A stretch of DNA of 53,715 nucleotides from an uncultured Erysipelotrichaceae bacterium (lineage in GTDB: Bacteria; Bacillota_I; Bacilli_A; RFN20; CAG-826), in NCBI GenBank assembly GCA_902768335.1, contig CACXKR010000003.1, positions 1 through 53,715 of the forward strand, given 5' to 3'. Within the stretch, counting starts at the first letter, position 1. Each line of letters opens with the position of its first letter. The notes under the pieces are model-generated. The model saw nothing but the letters and a program-made list of their open reading frames with translations. It ran no database searches and was not told the DNA's origin. Below, in pieces: positions 47,880 through 53,715 of this stretch. Made by a program: the position numbers and the translations under genes.

Positions 47880-48171
47880 ATAAAAGCCATCACCCGTAAC
47901 GAAAACACCTTTGTAGTTATCGACTAAGTCCCGTAACTACTGGTGTTACATCATCCTTGTGATGGCCACATGCTCAATTATAAATAATTGTAGGGAGCGC
48001 GGATTTTCCTTCTCAGCGGATTAGGCATCAATGAAGTAGTTCTCACTGGGCAATACTTTCCCTATTACCACACCCTAACACGTAGTGTGATAGCCCTCTA
48101 TATTCATTTACCGCTTTTTTCTATTACTAGACGCTGGATACTCAGCCCGCCCGTGGTCTAAATATATAGGC
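47880..48171 (-). ncRNA. Candidate ~290 nt structured RNA (unnamed)
   Basis: Many perfect or near-perfect stems (see findings); minus-strand promoter ATGACA-N17-TATTAT; final stem followed by a U-tract; no ORF in the track lies within it; I could not match it to a known family. Confidence 0.55.
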
Positions 48172-48177
48172 ACAAAA

Positions 48178-48206
48178 ATAATACCAAATATACATTTGAA
48201 TGTCAT
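48178..48206 (-). promoter_or_regulatory. sigA-type promoter facing the structured RNA and yhcG
   Basis: Minus strand ATGACA (48206-48201), 17 nt, TATTAT (48183-48178) with extended TG. Confidence 0.55.
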
Positions 48207-48221
48207 TATGTGATATTTTAA

Positions 48222-48250
48222 TTGACTATATGAACGGCCATTCATATAAT
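48222..48250 (+). promoter_or_regulatory. arsR-cadA promoter with an SmtB/CadC-type operator in the spacer
   Basis: TTGACT-N17-TATAAT; palindrome TATATGAA-cggcca-TTCATATA at 48227-48248. Confidence 0.8.
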
Positions 48251-48256
48251 ATAGGC

Positions 48257-48610
48257 ATGAAAATAAATGTGATTGAAAAAATGGAAGAGCTACTAAAGAT
48301 AGCTGCCGATCAAACAAGAATAAAGATAATGCTTTGCCTCTTAGATGAAGGCGAATGTCATTGTGGTTGTAGTGCTAGAGGATGCTCAGAATGCACTTGC
48401 CTTTCTTGCATGATAGAAAAATGCGTCGGAGATATCGTTAATGAAACTGGCGCATCTCAATCTTTAGTTTCCCACCAATTAAAAGTCCTTAAGGATGCCG
48501 ATTTAGTGAAAACCAGAAAGGATAGACAAAAGGTCTATTATTCCCTTAAAGACGGTCACATAAAAGAATTATTGAATGTTGTTCGTGAACACGTTCTAGA
48601 GGAGAAGTAG
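48257..48610 (+). CDS. ArsR/SmtB-family metalloregulator with a Cys-rich insertion
   Basis: LKIAADQTRIKIMLCL, CVGDIV..TGASQSLVSHQLKVLK..DLVKTRKD.QKVYYSL.DGHIKELL; alpha5 D/H/E/H residues. Confidence 0.9.
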   Translation: MKINVIEKMEELLKIAADQTRIKIMLCLLDEGECHCGCSARGCSECTCLSCMIEKCVGDIVNETGASQSLVSHQLKVLKDADLVKTRKDRQKVYYSLKDGHIKELLNVVREHVLEEK

Positions 48611-48614
48611 TTAT

Positions 48615-50750
48615 ATGAAGAAAGAACATTGTTGTTGCTGTCACGAAGAAGAGAAGCACGAAGAAAAAGAATGTTGCTGCCATCATGAGGAAAAGCACGA
48701 GGAATCTTGCTGTTGCCATCGCGAAGAGAAAAAACATAAACACGAAGATACATGTTGTTGCTGCCACGAGGAAGAACCTCGCCACAAGCACGAAGAATCA
48801 TGTTGCTGCTGCGAAGACAACCGTAAACCAAGCAGTAATAAGATCTTTGATACAAGATTCTTTATTATGCTCGCGAGAATTCTCACTTCAACATTAATTT
48901 TTGTATTCACGAAAATATTCGTGAGTTACCAGGATAATTTCGTTTTAGCGTTGGTACTTTACTGCATTGCCGCTCTTATTTGCTTATATGATATTTTATG
49001 GAAAGTTATTAAGAAGATCATTCATTTAAAGAACCCGGTGAACATGAATCTTCTTATTACGATTTCAACACTCGGTGTTATCGTATTAGGCTCGCTTATT
49101 CATTATCAGGTTTTACCTGAAGGACCATTTGAAATTGATCTATATGAAGGTGTTATGGTCGTTGCCTTATATCAAGTAGGTGAACTTTTTGAACATATTG
49201 CTTCTAATAAATCAAAACAAGCTATTCACTCTGCTTTAGATTTAAGAGTTGAAAAAGCCCATTTATTAAAAGATGACAAAGTCGTTGATGTCGCTCCAGA
49301 AGAAGTAAAAGTTGGCGATAGAATTATTGTTAATGTTGGAGACGCTATTCCAGTTGATGGAGTTATCGTTTCTGGTGAAGGTTCATTAGATACTTCGTCT
49401 TTAACTGGTGAATCTCTACCAGTAGACGTTAAAGAAAACACCAGTGTTTTAAGCAGTTCAATTGTTAAAAACGGATCCCTTGTTATCGAGGTCTTAAAAC
49501 CATACAAAGAGTCAACTGTATTTAGAATCATGGAACTTATTGATTCGAGCAGTGAAAAGAAATCCAAAGCAGAGAAATTTATTTCTAAATTCGCTCGTGT
49601 ATACACTCCTATCATCTTTATCTCAGGTATCGCATACACGCTCATATTTGGCTTCGTAACTGGTCAGTGGCCACTCGCTATCTTTGGTGGCTTAGCTATT
49701 CTTGTTGTTGCGTGCCCATGCGCAATCGTAATCTCTGTTCCTCTTGCCTATTTTGCTGGTGTAGGATTATCCTCAAAAAGAGGCATTATTATCAAAGGCA
49801 CAAATTACTTAGATTCACTCTGCAATTTAGGAACTTTGTTCATCGATAAAACCGGAACACTTACTTATGGCAATTTCGTGGTAGGTGAGATTAATGCGGT
49901 TAAGAATAAAGAAGATGTTTTAAACGCTTTATACATTTCAGAATCTCGTTCGAATCACCCGATCGCTAAGGCTATTACTAATGGCGTAGATACTTCTAAA
50001 TTTGCAAGCAAAATTGATAAATATGAGGAGTTTGCAGGACAAGGTGTAAAAGTGACTTGCGGTAAAGACATTTATTTAGCGGGAACTGCGGCTTTCTTAA
50101 AGAAAAACAGCGTAAATCTCGAAGATGTTGATTCACCATTTACAACCGTCTTTGTATCTAAAAACAATGCATATCTTGGATATGTTGTCTTAAAAGATCA
50201 AATTAGAGAAGACGCTAAAGCGTTAATTGAAAAGCTTAACAAACTCGGTATTAAAGTCGTTCTTCTTTCAGGTGACAAAGAAACAATTGTTAAGTCAGTT
50301 TCCGAGGAATTAGGCATCAAGGAATATTATTCTTCTTTGCTTCCATCTGATAAGACAAAATACGTAGAAGAAGCTATTTCCAAACGAAGCAGAAAACTTG
50401 TTGCATTCGCAGGAGACGGCATCAATGACACGCCTTCAATTGTGCGCGCAGATATCGGTTTTGCCATGGGTGGAATCGGTAGTGATGTCGCTGTTAAAAA
50501 CGCTGATATTGTTTTAATGGAAGATAATCCAAAACGAATAGTTGATGCGGTGAGAATAGCGAAGAAAGTCCGCCATGTTGCTTTGTTTAATATCATTTTC
50601 TCCCTTGCTCTAAAAGCAACTGTTATTGGCCTTATTATCGGTGGGGTTATGGGTCAATACGGCATGCTTGTAGCGGTGCTTGCAGACACTGGTTTAACAG
50701 TCTTAATGATCATCAATTCACTTTTAGTTTTCTATCGCAAAATTGATTAA
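48615..50750 (+). CDS. Heavy-metal P1B-type ATPase (CadA/ZntA-like) with His/Cys-repeat N-terminus
   Basis: TGES, CPC, DKTGTLT, HPIA, GDGIND.P, LAVLADTG (TM Asp typical of P1B-2 Zn/Cd/Pb pumps). Confidence 0.92.
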   Translation: MKKEHCCCCHEEEKHEEKECCCHHEEKHEESCCCHREEKKHKHEDTCCCCHEEEPRHKHEESCCCCEDNRKPSSNKIFDTRFFIMLARILTSTLIFVFTKIFVSYQDNFVLALVLYCIAALICLYDILWKVIKKIIHLKNPVNMNLLITISTLGVIVLGSLIHYQVLPEGPFEIDLYEGVMVVALYQVGELFEHIASNKSKQAIHSALDLRVEKAHLLKDDKVVDVAPEEVKVGDRIIVNVGDAIPVDGVIVSGEGSLDTSSLTGESLPVDVKENTSVLSSSIVKNGSLVIEVLKPYKESTVFRIMELIDSSSEKKSKAEKFISKFARVYTPIIFISGIAYTLIFGFVTGQWPLAIFGGLAILVVACPCAIVISVPLAYFAGVGLSSKRGIIIKGTNYLDSLCNLGTLFIDKTGTLTYGNFVVGEINAVKNKEDVLNALYISESRSNHPIAKAITNGVDTSKFASKIDKYEEFAGQGVKVTCGKDIYLAGTAAFLKKNSVNLEDVDSPFTTVFVSKNNAYLGYVVLKDQIREDAKALIEKLNKLGIKVVLLSGDKETIVKSVSEELGIKEYYSSLLPSDKTKYVEEAISKRSRKLVAFAGDGINDTPSIVRADIGFAMGGIGSDVAVKNADIVLMEDNPKRIVDAVRIAKKVRHVALFNIIFSLALKATVIGLIIGGVMGQYGMLVAVLADTGLTVLMIINSLLVFYRKID

Positions 50751-50770
50751 ATAAGAGTATTAAAAACAAA

Positions 50771-50798
50771 AAAGATGTCGAATTATTCGGCATTTTTT
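50771..50798 (+). terminator. Intrinsic terminator
   Basis: AAAGATGTCGAA-tta-TTCGGCATTTTTT. Confidence 0.75.
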
Positions 50799-50940
50799 CT
50801 TTGTGACACAATAATTTAAATTATTGTTCATACACGATTATATGAGCATCATAAAAATAATGCTTGTGTGTGCGCACTGCGTTTGATAAAATTTCAAACG
50901 TATATTCGCTGTTGAGAGGGCGTGTATGCATATACGTATC

Positions 50941-50973
50941 GTGGAAGGACATAACGATTTGTCCATTTACCAC
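50941..50973 (+). promoter_or_regulatory. Probable L1-binding autoregulatory leader of rplK-rplA
   Basis: GTGGAAGGAC...GTCCATTTACCAC resembles the GTGGGAGG...ACCAC L1-site hairpin found before rplK in Bacillota. Confidence 0.55.
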
Positions 50974-51010
50974 GGCACGGACAACCTAAAAGAAAAGGAG
51001 GAAATGTCAC

Positions 51011-51421
51011 GTGAGTAAAAAAATCGTCAAAGTTGTGAAGATGGAACTCCCTGGTGGCGAAGCAAAACCAGGTCCAAAACTCGCTTCTGCCGGTGTCATC
51101 ATGCCAAAGTTCTGTACGGACTTTAACGCTAAGACCGCTGATAGACGTGGAGAAATCGTTCCAGTTATCATCACAGCCTATGAAGACAAGTCACACGATT
51201 TTGTAATCAAGACTTCCCCAGTTGCAGGTTTAATCCTCAAAGCTGCTGGAATTAAAAAAGGCTCCGCTAACCCAAAAGTTATCGTTGGCCACATCTCCAA
51301 AGCGCAACTAAAGGAAATCGCTGAATACAAACTTCCAGACCTCAATTGTGATGATGTCGAAGCTGCAATGAAAATTGTCGCAGGCACATGCCGCAATATG
51401 GGAATCACGATCGACGAATAA
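51011..51421 (+). CDS. rplK: 50S ribosomal protein L11
   Basis: GTG start with SD AAGGAGG; FCTDFNAKT, PVIIT.YEDKS.DF.IKT.P, IAEYKLPDLN, GTCRNMGI. Confidence 0.95.
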   Translation: MSKKIVKVVKMELPGGEAKPGPKLASAGVIMPKFCTDFNAKTADRRGEIVPVIITAYEDKSHDFVIKTSPVAGLILKAAGIKKGSANPKVIVGHISKAQLKEIAEYKLPDLNCDDVEAAMKIVAGTCRNMGITIDE

Positions 51422-51426
51422 GCATT

Positions 51427-52110
51427 ATGAAGTATTCAAAGAATTACAGAAAAGTAGCGGAACTCGTTGATAGCAAAAAGGTTTATAGCCTTGAAGAAGC
51501 TTGTGAACTTGTTAAAAAGACCTCAACTGTCAAGTTCGATGCTACAGTCGATGTCTCATTCCATTTCAATGCTGATCCAACTCAAGCTGATCAACAAGTT
51601 AGAGGAACTCTCATTCTTCCAAACGGAAATGGCAAAGAGAAAAAGATTTGTGCCATCACTTCAAAAGTTGAAGACGCTAAAGCTGCCGGTGCGGATTTCG
51701 TCGGTGGTAAAGAATTAATTGAAAAAATCCAAAAAGAGAACTGGTTCGAATTTGATACCTTAGTCGCCACACCAGAAATGATGGGTGAACTTGGTAAGAT
51801 TGCTAGAGTTCTTGGTCCAAAGGGCTTAATGCCAAACCCAAAAGCTGGAACAGTATCGCCAGATATTGCTAAGACAATCAAAGAATTCAAACTCGGTAAA
51901 GTTGAATATCGTATGGATAAAAACGCCAATATGGCCTTATCAGTCGGTAGAGTTAGCTTTGAAACCGGTAAACTCGTTGAGAACTTACAAGCTCTTGTGT
52001 CCACACTTGTTAAAGTTAGACCAGCTGCTATTAAAGGTTCTTACATCAAAACCGCCGTTGTGCACACCACAATGGGCCCAGGCATTCACTTCACATTCGA
52101 AGGAATGTAA
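51427..52110 (+). CDS. rplA: 50S ribosomal protein L1
   Basis: KFDATVD, ADQQVRGT..LPNG.GK, LGPKGLMPNPK.GTV, TMGPGI. Confidence 0.97.
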   Translation: MKYSKNYRKVAELVDSKKVYSLEEACELVKKTSTVKFDATVDVSFHFNADPTQADQQVRGTLILPNGNGKEKKICAITSKVEDAKAAGADFVGGKELIEKIQKENWFEFDTLVATPEMMGELGKIARVLGPKGLMPNPKAGTVSPDIAKTIKEFKLGKVEYRMDKNANMALSVGRVSFETGKLVENLQALVSTLVKVRPAAIKGSYIKTAVVHTTMGPGIHFTFEGM

Positions 52111-52111
52111 A

Positions 52112-52200
52112 GAGCACAATATATCGAAGACAGCAACGGTCAAGGGACTTAATAATGTTGCCGAGGTGTATTATTTACCAATATATTGGTGCCTCTAAAT
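52112..52200 (+). promoter_or_regulatory. L10 leader (rplJ autoregulatory RNA)
   Basis: CGAAGACAGCAAC...TTAA...GTTGCCGAGG matches the L10-leader pattern; position upstream of rplJ. Confidence 0.7.
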
Positions 52201-52225
52201 GACTATTAAAAAAGGAGGTAGAACA

Positions 52226-52714
52226 ATGAATCAAAAAACTCTCGAATCCAAAAAAGAGATTGTTAACAAGATTAGTGAATCATTTAAAGACGCTGGATCT
52301 CTCACCATCGTTGAATATCGTGGTCTCACTGTCGCCCAACTCTCTGAACTCCGAAAGTTATTAAAAGCCCAAGGCGCTACATTCAACGTCTACAAGAACA
52401 CTCTTGTTTCTAAAGCAACTGCTGCTCTTGGACACGAAGAATTAGGCCAATACTTGTCTGGTTCAAACGCATTCGTCTTCTCCAAAGAAATCTCAGACGG
52501 ACCTAAAGTCCTCGCTAAATTCGCTAAGAGAAATGAAAACTTAGTGATCAAAGCAGGTCTTGTTGAAGGCAAAGTCTATGATGCTGCTGGAATGAAAACA
52601 ATTGCTACATTACCAAACAAAGAAGGACTTATTTCCATGTTCTTATCGTGCTTGCAAGCACCTATCCGCAGTTTCGCTTGCACAGTCAAAGCAGTCGCGG
52701 ATAGCAAAAATTAA
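52226..52714 (+). CDS. rplJ: 50S ribosomal protein L10
   Basis: VEYRGLTVAQLSELRK, VYKNTL, IATLPNKEGLISM; SD AAGGAGG. Confidence 0.95.
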   Translation: MNQKTLESKKEIVNKISESFKDAGSLTIVEYRGLTVAQLSELRKLLKAQGATFNVYKNTLVSKATAALGHEELGQYLSGSNAFVFSKEISDGPKVLAKFAKRNENLVIKAGLVEGKVYDAAGMKTIATLPNKEGLISMFLSCLQAPIRSFACTVKAVADSKN

Positions 52715-52738
52715 TGCCAATTATAGGAGGAACTTATT

Positions 52739-53119
52739 ATGGCAAAGTTAACAAAAGAAGAAATCATTGCTTCATTAAAAGAAATGACAGTCGTTGAACT
52801 TAACGAACTCGTCAAAGCTGTTGAAGAAGAATTCGGCGTCACAGCCGCCGCTCCAGTTGCAGTTGCAGGTGCTGCTGCTCCAGCTGAAGAAGAAGCTGCT
52901 AAAGGACCATCCGAAGTCAGCTTAGTCCTTAAAGCTGTTGGTATGCAAAAAGTTGCAGTTATCAAAGCTGTTCAAGCCATCACTGGTCTTGGACTTATGG
53001 ATGCTAAGAAACTTGTCGATGGTGCTCCATGCAACATCAAAGAAAAGATTTCACCAGTCGAAGCAGAAGAACACAAGAAAGCTCTTGTCGCTGCTGGTGC
53101 TGAAGTCGAAATTAAGTAA
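52739..53119 (+). CDS. rplL: 50S ribosomal protein L7/L12
   Basis: [46 protein letters not shown]. Confidence 0.97.
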   Translation: MAKLTKEEIIASLKEMTVVELNELVKAVEEEFGVTAAAPVAVAGAAAPAEEEAAKGPSEVSLVLKAVGMQKVAVIKAVQAITGLGLMDAKKLVDGAPCNIKEKISPVEAEEHKKALVAAGAEVEIK

Positions 53120-53143
53120 ACTTCTTCCCCTTAGATTCTAATC

Positions 53144-53715
53144 ATGTCGCATTATTTTACTAACGATGAGAACCTCGTTTCTCAACCTAGAAAAGTAACC
53201 TATTCCATTAATGGAAAAGACTTTGAATTAGAATCTGATGTCGGTGTTTTTTCCAAGAATAAATTAGATTATGGAAGCGAGGTTCTTATCAAGAGCCTCC
53301 TTCCACTAAATCTTGGTGAAACCCTCTTAGATCTTGGTTGTGGAATTGGGCCGATTGGCTTAACTCTCGCCTATTTCCACCCAGACATAAACGTTGTTTG
53401 TTCTGACGTTAATATGCGCGCACTTGCATTATGTGAAAGAAATGCGCGTAAGCTCGCGTTAAATCAACGAGTCACCTGCCTTCAAAGTGACATCTATATA
53501 GAGATTGAAGGAAAATTTCACTCGATAGTTTCTAACCCTCCTATTCGGGCTGGTAAAAAAGTTACCTACGAAATCTATAGAGGAGCAAAAGAACATCTCT
53601 GTGAACAGGGTTCGCTTTATATCGTTATTAGAAAAGCTCAAGGAGCTTTGTCGGTCAAAGACTACTTAGAACAATTGTTTGGAAACGTAACTGTTCTATC
53701 TAGATCTAAAGGCTA
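53144..53715 (+). CDS. Class I SAM-dependent methyltransferase (RsmC/YbxB-like), truncated by the window end
   Basis: MSHYFTND...GVFSKNKLDYGS...LDLGCGIGPIG...SDVN.RA...SNPPIRAGK; usual position after rplL in Bacilli. Confidence 0.9.
   Translation, partial: MSHYFTNDENLVSQPRKVTYSINGKDFELESDVGVFSKNKLDYGSEVLIKSLLPLNLGETLLDLGCGIGPIGLTLAYFHPDINVVCSDVNMRALALCERNARKLALNQRVTCLQSDIYIEIEGKFHSIVSNPPIRAGKKVTYEIYRGAKEHLCEQGSLYIVIRKAQGALSVKDYLEQLFGNVTVLSRSKG

Noticed and set aside
47990-48015. Minus-strand GAAGGAAAATCCGCGCTC resembles the RNase P RNA CR-I motif GAGGAAAGTCC..GCTC
   Set aside because: Only about 110 nt of structured sequence follows, and the other conserved RNase P regions were not found in the right order.
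48010-48115. Partial resemblance to cobalamin (AATAGGGAA), lysine (AGAGG..GAAAG), TPP (CTGAGA) and THF (GGGA..GTTGCC, ATCCGCT) riboswitch words
   Set aside because: Each match is short, and the remaining core motifs are missing or out of order; left for an Rfam search.
48546-48910. Several overlapping ORFs on both strands (48546-48791, 48556-48855, 48683-48910, 48685-48897)
   Set aside because: Shadows of the low-complexity His/Cys repeat of the ATPase; no RBS and no independent motifs.
353-53641. The many 60-140 aa antisense or alternate-frame ORFs in the track (e.g. 2915-3214, 19936-20325, 43609-44010, 49226-49645, 51591-52004, 53459-53641)
   Set aside because: They lie inside well-supported genes and lack RBS and recognisable motifs.
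1-53715. Alternative genetic code (TGA=Trp), as in some Mollicutes
   Set aside because: Conserved genes translate intact in the standard code, and TGA serves as a stop at 13887-13889.
1-53715. tRNA, rRNA, tmRNA and CRISPR arrays
   Set aside because: No cloverleaf with T-loop GTTCRA, no rRNA-like tract and no regularly spaced repeat array were seen by eye.

Overview
Low-GC, standard-code chromosomal window from a Bacilli-like bacterium (sigA-type promoters, cre-like sites, cysS-rlmB-sigH-rpmG-secE-nusG...rplK-rplA-rplJ-rplL backbone); the lineage is inferred, not proven. From left to right it holds an ISL3-type IS end, a lipoprotein, preTA (dihydropyrimidine dehydrogenase) with an intact IS3/IS150-type element inserted in its terminator loop, a RhuM-like gene, a DUF4353 lipoprotein and gdhA-DUF1015-serC-serA. 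Next come a Phd/RelE toxin-antitoxin cassette between direct repeats and a thiS/thiF-like pair. A ~17 kb molybdoenzyme/amidohydrolase/carbamoyltransferase cluster follows; it resembles the E. coli yge/ygf anaerobic purine-catabolism locus but has several non-orthologous substitutions. After it lie a second TA pair, sdaA and housekeeping genes. A ~10.4 kb accessory block splits nusG from rplK: a surface endonuclease with Ig repeats, an M6 protease lipoprotein, a YhcG/DUF1016 nuclease preceded by a ~290 nt highly structured unnamed RNA, a Cys-insert ArsR and a His/Cys-repeat P1B ATPase. The best novelty candidates are the variant Mo-hydroxylase catabolic cluster and the structured RNA upstream of YhcG. 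No CRISPR array, tRNA or rRNA was seen. All family calls come from motif recognition by eye; no database search was run.
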